This document shows, in pieces, positions 1 to 10,969 of a DNA stretch of 64,000 bases. Numbering within the stretch: the first letter of the stretch is position 1; each line of letters starts with the position of its first letter. A program made the translations under genes and the position numbers. Below the pieces are notes generated by a model. It ran no database searches. It had not been told where the DNA came from and saw only the letters and a list, made by a program, of their open reading frames with translations. This stretch comes from an uncultured Actinomycetes bacterium (GTDB lineage: Bacteria > Actinomycetota > UBA4738 > HRBIN12): the NCBI GenBank assembly GCA_963704725.1, contig OY969934.1, positions 2,016,001 through 2,080,000 of the forward strand, given 5' to 3'.

Positions 1-1460
<1,460 letters not shown>

Positions 1461-2198
1461 TCAGGCGCGTCGGCCGAGGCCGTCGACGAACCGCAGCGTC
1501 GCCGAGCCCTCGATCACGCGGCTGAAGGACACGGTCTCGGCCACGACGTTGAGGACGACGGCGATCGCGGCGGCCACCGGCACCCACGGGTCGGGCAGCG
1601 TGAGGGCCAACGCCAGCCCCGCGCCGAAACCGAGAAGGTTGGAGCCGGCGTCCCCGAGCATGGCGCGCTCCCGCAGGTCGAGCGGCAGGATCGCGACCGC
1701 CCCGCCGAGCAGGCCGGCGACGGCCGGCGCCCGCATCAACGTTCCCCAGATCAGGAAGGCCGTCGCCGGCAGGACGAACGCCTTGAGCGCGCGACCCGGC
1801 CGAACGTCGAGCCCGTTCCAGACGTTGGCCGACGCGGCGATCAGAACGACCCCGGACAGGCCGGCGTAGGCCGGGCGCGAGCCCTGGAGCGTCACCACCA
1901 CGACGGCCGCCCCCGTCGTCACGAGGACCTTGAGGATCCCGGTCGTCATCCGCCCGGCGGCGAGCGACCGGAGATGGTTGCGCAGGCCGCGCGGGCCAAC
2001 GGGGACGAGGTCGTCCACGAGACCCGCGCCGAACACGAGGAGGCAGCCCGCCAGGGTCCCCCAGCCGGCCGCGTGGAGGTCCCCGGCGATCGCCCACAGC
2101 ATGGTCGCCGCCGCGGCCGCCGCGGCCAGCGCCATCCCGAGCGTCCGAGGCACGAGCGCCCCTCGGTGGTTCGGCGCCGCCAGGCGGCCCCACGTCAT
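1461..2198 (-). CDS. MraY/WecA-like polyprenyl-phosphate sugar-phosphate transferase, membrane protein
   Basis: Multiple hydrophobic helices with GLVDD, NVWNGLDVRPGRA and MLGDAGSNLLG motifs. Confidence 0.8.
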   Translation of the reverse strand: MTWGRLAAPNHRGALVPRTLGMALAAAAAAATMLWAIAGDLHAAGWGTLAGCLLVFGAGLVDDLVPVGPRGLRNHLRSLAAGRMTTGILKVLVTTGAAVVVVTLQGSRPAYAGLSGVVLIAASANVWNGLDVRPGRALKAFVLPATAFLIWGTLMRAPAVAGLLGGAVAILPLDLRERAMLGDAGSNLLGFGAGLALALTLPDPWVPVAAAIAVVLNVVAETVSFSRVIEGSATLRFVDGLGRRA

Positions 2199-2872
2199 CG
2201 GATCCCCACGGCACGGGGGACGACGGCCCGCAGGATGTCCCAGCCCTGCCGGCCACGGTGGGCGAAGCCCCGGACGTCGCGGAACGTGGGTCGGTGCTCG
2301 AGGGACGCCGAGACCTCGACGATGCGCAGCCCGGCCCGCGCGGCGTCGACCGTCATCGCGGTCTCGACCCCGAACCCCGCGGCCAGGGGCCGGACCGCCT
2401 CGAGCGCCTTCGCCGAGAGCGCCCGCTGGCCGGACAGCGGCTCGCGGACCTGCGGCCCGCCGAGGACCCGGATGGCGCGGGCCGCGGCGCGCTTCACGAG
2501 GCCGAACCCACCGCCCTGCCCCGGGGGGAACACGGCGATCGCGACGTCCACCTCCCCCAGCAGCACCGGCTCGAGCAGCACGCCGATCCGCGCGGCCGAG
2601 ACCCCGAGATCGCCGTCCGCCAGGAGCCAGGCGTCGGGCGGCGGCTCGATCCGGCGGATCGCGGCCTCGAGGGCCCGGCCCTTGCCCCGGGTGCGTTCCA
2701 GTCGAAGCACGGCCGCTCCGGCGGCCAGGGCTCGGGGCGCCGTCTCGTCTCGCGAGCCGTCGTCGACCACGACCACCTCCGTGACGGACTCGAGCGACCG
2801 GAGCCCGGTGACCGTATCGCCGATCCGATCCGCCTCGTTCCGGGCCGCCACCAGGGCGACGATCCGCGTCAC
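2195..2872 (-). CDS. Family 2 glycosyltransferase
   Basis: AARNEA, VVDDGSRD, GKGRAL, ADGD (DxD), SGQRA, GFGVE. Confidence 0.9.
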   Translation of the reverse strand: MTRIVALVAARNEADRIGDTVTGLRSLESVTEVVVVDDGSRDETAPRALAAGAAVLRLERTRGKGRALEAAIRRIEPPPDAWLLADGDLGVSAARIGVLLEPVLLGEVDVAIAVFPPGQGGGFGLVKRAAARAIRVLGGPQVREPLSGQRALSAKALEAVRPLAAGFGVETAMTVDAARAGLRIVEVSASLEHRPTFRDVRGFAHRGRQGWDILRAVVPRAVGIR

Positions 2873-3786
2873 GGCAGCGGCGGCAGCGGCTCCGCCCCGT
2901 CCCGGATGCCGTACACCCCTCCGGTGCCCGTGGACAGGAGGTCGTCGATGCCGAGCACCAGAGCCGCGGCCCCCATGCTGAGATCCAGGTCGTCGACCGT
3001 GACGGTCCCGTCGGCCCCGAGGTCTCCCACGGCGGCCACGAAGGAGACCTCGGGCGGGGTCTCGGCCGACTCGCCGGCGGCCACGGAGACCCCGGCGACC
3101 GCGAGGTCGTGCACGAGCGGAACCGCGAACGGCTCGGAGGTCGGGGCCGCCGCCTCCGACGGGCCGCCGCCGAGGACGACCACGATCTGTCCCGGGACGC
3201 CGATCTCCTGGAGCGTGGCCTCGGTCACGTCGCTGTCGAGGAACCCCGCCGACAGCAGGCGGCTGAGAAGATCGTCCTCGGGAGCGACGCCGGTCGCGCC
3301 CGAGGACAGCCGGTCGGCCAGCCCCTGCGCCGCGAGCGACGGTAGGTCGCCCACGCCCGCCCCCGGCAGGCCGAGGATCTCCGCCAGCGAGGACTGCGTG
3401 TCGGGATCGTCGGCCGCCAGTCCCGCTCGCGCCGTGAGCACCGCCACCGCGTCCGCTCCGCTCCCCTCGAGCGCCTGCTGGGTCCGGCTCACCACGTCGT
3501 CGCCGACGCCCTCCTGCGTGACGATGACCACGGTTCGCCCCAGCAGCCGGTTCTCTGTGAGGCGCGCCAGCGCGGCATCGGCGAACGCCCCGAGCGAGGC
3601 GTTGGCGTCGCCCGCGGCCGCGAGCTCGGCGTCCTGGGCGTCGATCACCCCGCGCAGTCGGTCGGTGTTGTCCTGGAGCTGCCTGGTGAGCGCGGGATCG
3701 ACGAAGGCGCTTCCGGCGAGCAGGCCCACCGCGAGCGCGAGGAAGACCGCGACGATCGTGACGATGTGATATCGGAACGGGATCAC
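2869..3786 (-). CDS. steB: SteB/MctB (DUF3186-like) membrane-anchored protein
   Basis: N-terminus FRYHIVTIVAVFLALAVG then a coiled coil; C-terminal TVDDLD...GVYG; directly after steA. Confidence 0.85.
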   Translation of the reverse strand: MIPFRYHIVTIVAVFLALAVGLLAGSAFVDPALTRQLQDNTDRLRGVIDAQDAELAAAGDANASLGAFADAALARLTENRLLGRTVVIVTQEGVGDDVVSRTQQALEGSGADAVAVLTARAGLAADDPDTQSSLAEILGLPGAGVGDLPSLAAQGLADRLSSGATGVAPEDDLLSRLLSAGFLDSDVTEATLQEIGVPGQIVVVLGGGPSEAAAPTSEPFAVPLVHDLAVAGVSVAAGESAETPPEVSFVAAVGDLGADGTVTVDDLDLSMGAAALVLGIDDLLSTGTGGVYGIRDGAEPLPPLP

Positions 3787-3796
3787 GGGAGCTCCT

Positions 3797-5011
3797 TCAC
3801 CCCAACCCGGACAGCCACTGACGGAGCTGGTCGAAGAGCTGCGTCACGTACAGACGGAGCGGCGGCGAGACCACCACGACGGCGGCCATCGCCGCGATCG
3901 CCGCGCCGACGAGGAGCAGCGCGAGGCGCGTGCGGACGCTCGGCGAGTACACGCGCGAGACGCCCTTGGCGTCCATGAGGATCTCGCCCACGCGCAGACG
4001 CACCAGGAAGGTGCTGGCCATCCCCTCCCGACCCTTGTCGAGGAACTCCCGCAGGTTCCCATGGCTCCCCACCGCCACGATCGTCTCGGCGCCCTTCTCG
4101 TGGGCGAGCAGGAACGCCACGTCCTCGCTCGTCCCGGACGCCTCCACGACCCGGAAAGGGATCCCGAGCGCCTCCAGCCGAGCCCGCCCCGGCGCCTGAC
4201 CGTCCTGGTACGCGTGCAGCAGGACCTCGGTGGGCCGGCGGCGGCGGAACCATCGGCGGCCCGCATCCATCGACAACCGAAGCGCATCATCCGACACGCT
4301 GTCCATGTCGCCCAGGATGAGGTCGGGCGTGTAGCCCGCCTCGATGAGCGCGTCGGCGCCGCCGTCCACGCCGAGCAGCACCGGGTGGACGTCCGAGATG
4401 TACGGGCCGAGCACGGCCAGGTCCTCTTTGTAGCCGTAGCCGCGGACGACCACGAGCACCGGCCGGCCGGTGAGGTCGCGGTCGAGCGCCGGGAGGCCGG
4501 AGCCTCCGAACAGGAGGTCCCGTTCGCGCTGCATGTAGTCGATCGTGTTGGTGGCGAAGCTCTCGAACCGCTCGGCGAGCGACAGGCGGGCCTGCGCCAT
4601 CGCCTCGAGCACGGCGTCCTCGCTCTGCCGGATCCCCACGCCGGCCAGCCGGTCTCCGACGAGGATGCGGTCGCCCTCCAGGTGTACGGGGTCGCCCTCA
4701 CGCACCTTGCGCAGGAGCAGCGGCCCCACGGTGTCGATCAGCGGCACGCCGGCCTGCACGAGCGTCAGCGGTCCGAGGTTGGGGTACCGCCCGCTGATCG
4801 AGCGCGCGGCGTTCACCACGCCGGCCACGCCCGCTTCCAGCAGCGCCTCGGCCGACAGGCGATCGAGATCCTCGTGGTCGATCACGGCGATCTCGCCGGG
4901 TTGGACGCGCTGCACGACGCGCTTCGTGCGCGCGTCGACGCGGGCGAGCCCCCGCTGCATCCTCGGACGCCGTAGGGGTCGCCGGAGCAGGCTCCTGGAT
5001 CTCGATGCCGT
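3797..5011 (-). CDS. steA: SteA-like cytokinetic ring protein (thiamine pyrophosphokinase-like domain); start ACG 5011 or ATG 4960
   Basis: DARTKR, SISGRYPNLGP, GVDGGADAL, GDMDSVSD, EFLDKGREGMASTFL, DAKGVS, C-terminal TM helix; downstream of recN. Confidence 0.88.
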   Translation of the reverse strand, partial: TASRSRSLLRRPLRRPRMQRGLARVDARTKRVVQRVQPGEIAVIDHEDLDRLSAEALLEAGVAGVVNAARSISGRYPNLGPLTLVQAGVPLIDTVGPLLLRKVREGDPVHLEGDRILVGDRLAGVGIRQSEDAVLEAMAQARLSLAERFESFATNTIDYMQRERDLLFGGSGLPALDRDLTGRPVLVVVRGYGYKEDLAVLGPYISDVHPVLLGVDGGADALIEAGYTPDLILGDMDSVSDDALRLSMDAGRRWFRRRRPTEVLLHAYQDGQAPGRARLEALGIPFRVVEASGTSEDVAFLLAHEKGAETIVAVGSHGNLREFLDKGREGMASTFLVRLRVGEILMDAKGVSRVYSPSVRTRLALLLVGAAIAAMAAVVVVSPPLRLYVTQLFDQLRQWLSGLG

Positions 5012-5112
5012 CGGATGCCCTCCTGGTCCGGCGCGCCGGGACCGCGGCGGCGCAGCGGCTCCCCGGCCGGCGCCCAAGCGTATCCCAAACCGGCGACTCC
5101 CCCGCCGGTGCC

Positions 5113-6765
5113 TCAGCGCGCCGCTTTCGACCGGCCGGCCTCGGCGAGCAGCTCCTCGGCGTGGGTCGCCGCGGCCTCGCTCCCCGGCAGCCCGGCGAGC
5201 ATCCGGGTGAGCTCCTCCACGCGTCCGGCCTCGTCGAGCACGGAGACGCTCGCCGTTCCCGTCTCCTTGGCGACCCGGATGTGGCGATCGGCGAACGAGG
5301 CGATCTGCGGCAGGTGGGTGACGACCAGGACCTGGCGGGACCGCGCCAACGCCGCGAGGCGGCGCCCCACCGCCACACCGGCCCGGCCGCCGATCCCGGC
5401 GTCGACCTCGTCGAAGACGAGCGTCGGCACGTCGTCCAGGTCGACGAGCACGCTCCGGCACGCCAGCATCGTGCGGGAGAGCTCGCCGCCCGACGCCACC
5501 TTGGCGAAGGGCAGCCGAGGCTGGCCGGCCCCGCCGGCGAAGCCGAGCTCGACGCGCTCCGCCCCGGCGGCGGTGATCTCGCCGAAGGGCACGAGGGTCA
5601 CCTCCACCTCGGCGCCCTCCATCCCCAGCTCCCGCAGCTCCGCCTCGAGCGCACTCCCCAGCCGCGGCCCGGCCTCGCCACGGCCGAGCGACACGGCCTC
5701 GGCCAGCGAGCGGACCCGCTCGTCCCGCTCGGCCGCCTCCTCCTCGAGCCGCTCGCGCTCGCGCTCCGCCCCGGCCAGGACCTCGGCCCGGACCCTGGCC
5801 TGCGCCAGGAAGGCCTGGACCTCCTCCTCGTCCGCCCCGTACTTGCGCAGGAGACCCTTCAGGGCGGCGACGCGCTCCCGGACCTCCTCCAGACGGGCGG
5901 GATCGCGCTCCAGACGCTCGTGGTAGGCGCGGACGTCGTGGGCCAGGTCGACCGCCGCGGCGGCGAGCTCGACCGCCCGCTCGGCGAGCTCGGCCCCGCC
6001 CCGATCGAGCTCGGCGATCGCGCGGAGCTCGGCGCCGGCCGATCGCAGGGCGTCGGCGGCCGCGCCGTCCGCACCCAGCGCCGCCTCCGCGGCCGCGGCT
6101 CGTTCCAGGAGCCGCTCGGCGTGCGCGAGGCGAGCCTCCTCCAGCTCGAGCTGGGCGATCTCACCCGCCCGCGGGGCGGCCGTCTCGATCTCGCGGACCT
6201 GATGGCCGAGGAGGTCGAGCTCGCGCTCGCGTTCGCGTTCCCGCTCGGCCAGCGCGGCGAGCTCCGCCCGCACCGCGCGCAGACCCTCGTGCTCCTGTTG
6301 GAGCGACGCGACGGCCGCGCCGTGCCGGACCCCGGCGAACCGGTCGAGGAAGGCCGTCTGCGCGGTCGAGGACAGCAGGCGCGTCCCCTCGTGCTGTCCG
6401 TGCATCTCGACGAGGCCCTCGCCCACGGCCGCGAGCGCCGACACCGGGGCGATCTGCCCGCCGATCCGCGCCGCGCTCCGGCCATCCGCCGACACCGAGC
6501 GCGCCAGCACGAGCTCGCCATCCTCCGCCCACGCCTCGGCGGCCGGGCGCCGGGTGGCGTCGAAGCCGGCCTCCACGCGGGCGGCGCTCGCGCCCGAGCG
6601 AACGAGCGACGCCGAGGCCCGCCGGCCGAGCGCCAGCGCCAGTCCCACCGTCACCATCGTCTTGCCGGCTCCCGTTTCGCCGGTGAGCACGTTCAGGCCG
6701 GGGTGGAGCTCGAGCTCGAGGTCCTCGATCACCCCGAGGCCGCTGATGTGCAGCTCGCGGAGCAC
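5113..6765 (-). CDS. recN: DNA repair protein RecN
   Basis: TGETGAGKT Walker A, HGQHE, ASGGELSR signature, FDEVDAGIGG, VTHLPQIA. Confidence 0.96.
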   Translation of the reverse strand: MLRELHISGLGVIEDLELELHPGLNVLTGETGAGKTMVTVGLALALGRRASASLVRSGASAARVEAGFDATRRPAAEAWAEDGELVLARSVSADGRSAARIGGQIAPVSALAAVGEGLVEMHGQHEGTRLLSSTAQTAFLDRFAGVRHGAAVASLQQEHEGLRAVRAELAALAERERERERELDLLGHQVREIETAAPRAGEIAQLELEEARLAHAERLLERAAAAEAALGADGAAADALRSAGAELRAIAELDRGGAELAERAVELAAAAVDLAHDVRAYHERLERDPARLEEVRERVAALKGLLRKYGADEEEVQAFLAQARVRAEVLAGAERERERLEEEAAERDERVRSLAEAVSLGRGEAGPRLGSALEAELRELGMEGAEVEVTLVPFGEITAAGAERVELGFAGGAGQPRLPFAKVASGGELSRTMLACRSVLVDLDDVPTLVFDEVDAGIGGRAGVAVGRRLAALARSRQVLVVTHLPQIASFADRHIRVAKETGTASVSVLDEAGRVEELTRMLAGLPGSEAAATHAEELLAEAGRSKAAR

Positions 6766-6790
6766 TAGCCGTGGACCCCGGACGGCGCCA

Positions 6791-7651
6791 CTACGACTTG
6801 CCCTCGCGCTCCCCGTCCCGGCCCGGGAGGCCGAACTTGCTCCGCACGAGCTCGAAGAACGCCGGGGCGTCTTCGCGCCGGACGAAGCGGGCCGGGCGGG
6901 GCGCCGCCCCGATCCGCACGCTCGAGCCCACGGGCAGCTCGAGGCTCTCCCGACCGTCGGCCGAGAGCAGCCCCGCTTCCTCACCGAGCACCTCCAGCGT
7001 GACGCGGTCGGTTGGCGCGAGGACGAGCGAGCGGTCGAACACCATGTGCGCGGCGATCGGCGTGACGACGATGCAGGGCACCCTCGGCGACACGATGGGT
7101 CCGCCGGCCGAGAACGAGTACGCGGTCGAGCCCGTCGGGGTGGCCGCGATGACGCCGTCGGCCGAGAAGGTCGTCACGTAGGCGTTCCCGACGAACACCG
7201 CGAGCCGGATCAGCCGGTGCCGGGCGCTCTTCTCCACGATCACCTCGTTCAGCGCCCACTGCGGGGCGAACGTCGCGCCCTCCGGCTCGGCCACGACGGC
7301 CAGGCGGTCGTCGATCCGCGCCGCCCCGGACAGCATCCGTGCCAGCACGGCCGGGGCCTCGTCCGGCTCGACCTCCGTGAGGAACCCCATGCGGCCCACC
7401 TTCACGCCGAGCACGGGCACGTCGCCCCGCGAGGCGAGGTGTGCGGCGCGCAGGAACGTGCCGTCGCCTCCGACGGAGACGACCAGGTCGAGGCCCTCCA
7501 CGAAGGCGCGGGCCGCGGCCTCGTCCTCCGTGCGGGCGCCGTCCGAGTGGCGGACCGCCACCTCGCGCTCACCGAGCCACCGCTCCAGCTCCCTCGCGGC
7601 GTCGATGGCCGCCGTCCGTCCCGGGTGGACGACGAACCCCACCCGGTTCAC
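6791..7651 (-). CDS. nadK: NAD kinase
   Basis: GGDGT, ALNE, DGVIAATPTGSTAYSFSAGGP. Confidence 0.96.
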   Translation of the reverse strand: MNRVGFVVHPGRTAAIDAARELERWLGEREVAVRHSDGARTEDEAAARAFVEGLDLVVSVGGDGTFLRAAHLASRGDVPVLGVKVGRMGFLTEVEPDEAPAVLARMLSGAARIDDRLAVVAEPEGATFAPQWALNEVIVEKSARHRLIRLAVFVGNAYVTTFSADGVIAATPTGSTAYSFSAGGPIVSPRVPCIVVTPIAAHMVFDRSLVLAPTDRVTLEVLGEEAGLLSADGRESLELPVGSSVRIGAAPRPARFVRREDAPAFFELVRSKFGLPGRDGEREGKS

Positions 7652-8448
7652 GAGCCGGCTCCGATCGCTCGACCTTCGGCGATCGCGGCCTCGACATCGG
7701 GTCGCCCGGACGAGCCGCCCTTCGTGGCGTGCAGCGGGAACTCAACGTTGCCCGCCGGCCCCGGCAGCGGCGACGCCATCACAGCGCGAGCGGAGATGCC
7801 GACCGCCTCGCACGCCTCGATGACGCCGACGATGGCCACGCGCCAGACCTCCGCCTCCCGCACCACCCCACCCCGTCCCACCCCGTCCGGTCCCGCCTCG
7901 AACTGCGGCTTCACCAGGAGGACGTGCTCCGACCCGGCGGCCGCGACCGCCACGAGCGCTGGGACCACCGCGCGCAGCGAGATGAACGAGAGGTCGGCGA
8001 CCACCAGGTCCGGAGCGTACGGCAGGTGCGCCGCCGTGAGCTCGCGTGCGTTCGTTCGCTCCAGCACGGTCACGCGCTCGTCGGTCCTGATCGTCCAGGC
8101 GAGCTGCCCGTAGCCGACGTCGACGGCCACGACGTGCGCGGCACCCCGCTGCAGGAGGCAATCCGTGAACCCGCCCGTCGAGGCGCCGGCGTCGAGGCAT
8201 CGCCGTCCGGCGGCGTCGACGCCGAATCGGTCGAGCGCCGCCTCGAGCTTGTCTCCTCCCCGCGACACGAACCGCCGAGCCGGCCCCACGAGCTCGAGGG
8301 GGTCGGCCGGGTCCACGAGGGTCGACGGCTTCTCCGCCTGGCGGCCCCGGACGACGACCTTGCCGTCCAGGACGGCGACCCGCGCCTCCGCGCGCGAGCG
8401 GGCGAGGCCGCGCCGCACGAGCTCGGCGTCGAGCCGGCGGCGCGCCAC
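7648..8448 (-). CDS. tlyA: TlyA family rRNA 2'-O-methyltransferase
   Basis: RRRLDAELV S4 start, FVSRGGDKL, DAGASTGGFT, DLSFIS, LVKPQFE, GNVEF. Confidence 0.95.
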   Translation of the reverse strand: MARRRLDAELVRRGLARSRAEARVAVLDGKVVVRGRQAEKPSTLVDPADPLELVGPARRFVSRGGDKLEAALDRFGVDAAGRRCLDAGASTGGFTDCLLQRGAAHVVAVDVGYGQLAWTIRTDERVTVLERTNARELTAAHLPYAPDLVVADLSFISLRAVVPALVAVAAAGSEHVLLVKPQFEAGPDGVGRGGVVREAEVWRVAIVGVIEACEAVGISARAVMASPLPGPAGNVEFPLHATKGGSSGRPDVEAAIAEGRAIGAGS

Positions 8449-8456
8449 GATGTCGG

Positions 8457-8915
8457 TCAGGCGCCGGCCGGCGCGTCGGCCCCGGTCGAGGACGCCGCCG
8501 CCCCCTCCGCCACCGATGCCGGGGCTCGCGTGGCCGTCGAGCGCTTGGCCGCGGGACGCTTTGCGGCACTGGGTTTGGCGGCGGCCGGACGCTTGGCGGC
8601 GGGTCGCTTGGCCGGCGTCGACGGGGCCGGTGCGGCCTCCGCCTTCTCGAGCTGGCGGACGCGTCGGCGCAGCGCGTCGACCTCGTCGCGCGAGGCCACC
8701 CCGACCTGCTTGAGCTGGGTCCGCACCTCCGTCCGGACGAGCTCGCCGAGCCGCTCCCGGTTCTTGTTCGACCACTCCATCAGGTCCTGGGCGGCCTTGC
8801 CGATCTGCTCCTTGCCCTGACCCTGCAGGAGGGACGAGGCGAGCTCGCGAGCCTTCTTCGGCGAGAGCTTGCCGATCGCCGCCTCCATGTACCGGCGGAC
8901 CTCGTTGACGACCAT
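8457..8915 (-). CDS. Phasin-like coiled-coil protein with basic PAAK-repeat tail
   Basis: SD GAAGGAG before ATG 8915; helical N-terminus, ASRDEVDALRRRVRQLE, then KRPAAK repeats. Confidence 0.65.
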   Translation of the reverse strand: MVVNEVRRYMEAAIGKLSPKKARELASSLLQGQGKEQIGKAAQDLMEWSNKNRERLGELVRTEVRTQLKQVGVASRDEVDALRRRVRQLEKAEAAPAPSTPAKRPAAKRPAAAKPSAAKRPAAKRSTATRAPASVAEGAAASSTGADAPAGA

Positions 8916-8998
8916 GGGGACTCCTTCGTCGCGCACTGCGACGCCAGGATACCGCCGGGGTACGCTCCCCGGATGTCGCCCGGCTCGCAGGCGATCCC

Positions 8999-9808
8999 GT
9001 GATCCCGATCAAGGACGCCAACCCCACCAGCCGCGTCCCGATCGTGACCCTCGCCCTCATCGCGGCGAACGTGGCCGTGTTCCTGCTCTGGCAGCCGTCG
9101 TTCGGCACCTCGACCGAACAGCAGGACTTCTACTTCTGCCATGCGGAGATCTCGTTCGAGGTGACGCACCAGGAGAACCTGGCCCAGGGCGGCCCCGAGG
9201 CCAGCCGGGCGATCGACGAGGCGTTCGGACAGCCCGGCGCCGGCGACTTCGTTCAGGGCAGGATGCGGCAGCTCTGCCCCGACAAGAGCTGGCTGCTCTC
9301 GATCTTCGTGGCGATGTTCCTGCACGGGAGCTGGCTCCACATCGGGGGCAACATGCTCTTCCTTTGGGTGTTCGGCAACAACGTCGAGGATCGCCTCGGG
9401 TACCTCGTCTATCCGCTCTTCTACGTGATGGGCGGCCTCGCCGCTGCCGGGCTGCAGATCGCGTTCGCCCCGAACTCCACGGTCCCGAGCCTCGGGGCGT
9501 CCGGCGCGATCGGCGCCGTCTTGGGAGCGTACGCGGTGCTGTTCCCCAACGCCCGGGTCACCACGCTGGTCATCTTCTTCTTCATCACCGTGGTCCAGAT
9601 CCGCGCCGTCTTCGTGCTCGTGGGGTGGTTCGTCCTGCAGCTCCTGAGCGGCGCCGGCCAGCTCGGCACGAACGTGAACGGCGGCGTCGCCTACTGGGCA
9701 CACGTGGGCGGGTTCGCGTTCGGGGCGGTGGTGGCGTGGGTGTTCCATCGCCCCCGGGGCCGACGGTCGACGCTCTACGGCGTGCCGCGCCGGCCCGACA
9801 CGCCCTGA
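8999..9808 (+). CDS. Rhomboid family intramembrane serine protease
   Basis: MFLHGSWLHIGGNMLFL, GASGA (catalytic Ser), AHVGG (catalytic His). Confidence 0.93.
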   Translation: MIPIKDANPTSRVPIVTLALIAANVAVFLLWQPSFGTSTEQQDFYFCHAEISFEVTHQENLAQGGPEASRAIDEAFGQPGAGDFVQGRMRQLCPDKSWLLSIFVAMFLHGSWLHIGGNMLFLWVFGNNVEDRLGYLVYPLFYVMGGLAAAGLQIAFAPNSTVPSLGASGAIGAVLGAYAVLFPNARVTTLVIFFFITVVQIRAVFVLVGWFVLQLLSGAGQLGTNVNGGVAYWAHVGGFAFGAVVAWVFHRPRGRRSTLYGVPRRPDTP

Positions 9809-10584
9809 GCCTCGCCGTCCACGAGCGCCCGGAGGTCCTCGGCCACGAACGTCGGTCTGGGCTGTGAGGCCGCCGCGTCCTCTGGGGTCGAGACGCCGGT
9901 CAGGACGAGCAGCGAGTCCCAGCCCATCCCCGCGGCCCCCGCGATGTCCGTGTCGATCCGATCCCCGATCACGAGCGGCGTCGAGGCGTTCGCGCGATCG
10001 CGGGCGGCCTCGAACAGCGGAGCGAACGGCTTGCCCACGACCTCCGCCGCCGCTCCCGTCGTCTCCGTGATCACCGCCAACAGGGCGCCGGCCCCGGGCC
10101 ACACGGCGCCGGCGGCCGGGAAGGACCGGTCGGGGTTGGTCGCCACCAGCTTCGCCCCCCGCTCAACGAGCACACACGCCGTGCGGAGCTTCGCGTACGT
10201 GACCTCGAGGTCCACGCCGACGACCACGACGTCGACCCGATCGGGCTCGCCGCCCCGGACCTCGATCCCGGCGTCGGCGAGCGCCGTGCGGATGCCGTCC
10301 TGCCCCACCACGAAGGCGGTGCCGCCACCGCGGGCGGCGAGCAGGTCTGCCGTGGCGAGCGCGGACGTGACGACCTCGAAGGGGCGGGCCTCGATCCCCA
10401 TGCCGGTGAGCTTGGCCGCAACCTGCTCCGGCGTGCGCGAGGAGTTGTTCGTCAGGAAGATCGGTCGGAGCTCCGCCGTCCGGAGCGCCGCCATCGCCTC
10501 GACGGCGTGCGGGACCGGGAGCTCTCCCCGATACAGCACCCCGTCCAGGTCGAACAGGAGGACGTCGTACCGCTCGGCCAGCAT
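9775..10584 (-). CDS. HAD-IIA (NagD-like) phosphatase
   Basis: DLDGV, TNNS, GKP, GDRIDTD, VLTG. Confidence 0.93.
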   Translation of the reverse strand: MLAERYDVLLFDLDGVLYRGELPVPHAVEAMAALRTAELRPIFLTNNSSRTPEQVAAKLTGMGIEARPFEVVTSALATADLLAARGGGTAFVVGQDGIRTALADAGIEVRGGEPDRVDVVVVGVDLEVTYAKLRTACVLVERGAKLVATNPDRSFPAAGAVWPGAGALLAVITETTGAAAEVVGKPFAPLFEAARDRANASTPLVIGDRIDTDIAGAAGMGWDSLLVLTGVSTPEDAAASQPRPTFVAEDLRALVDGEAQGVSGRRGTP

Positions 10585-10964
10585 CAGCCGGCGAGACGGG
10601 CGAGCGCGCGCTCGTAGTGCTCGACACCGGGGCGCATGGCGATGGCGAGCTTCAGGTGGCCGATCGCCCGGGAGCGCTCTCCGGTGCGCGCGCACGCCAG
10701 GGCCAGCCCGAAGCGGGCGTAGTCGCTGGCGGGGTCGAGCTGGACCGCCTTGGCGAACTCACGGCGCGCGGCGTGCGTGCGCCCGGCCATGAACAGGGCG
10801 CGCCCGAGGGCCTCGCGGATCGAGGCCTTGTCCGGCTCGAGCAGCTTGACCCGGCCCAGGAGCAGCGCGGCCTGGTGGGGATGGCCGCCGGTGAGGAAGC
10901 CGACGCCCCGCGAGAAGAGCTCGTACGCGGTCTCCCTCTCGTGCTCGGGTCGCCTGCTATACAT
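10584..10964 (-). CDS. Tetratricopeptide repeat protein
   Basis: TPR-type helices (REALGRALF...AVQLDP...ARFGLALA); TGATG coupling to the HAD gene. Confidence 0.85.
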   Translation of the reverse strand: MYSRRPEHERETAYELFSRGVGFLTGGHPHQAALLLGRVKLLEPDKASIREALGRALFMAGRTHAARREFAKAVQLDPASDYARFGLALACARTGERSRAIGHLKLAIAMRPGVEHYERALARLAG

Positions 10965-10969
10965 GGTCG

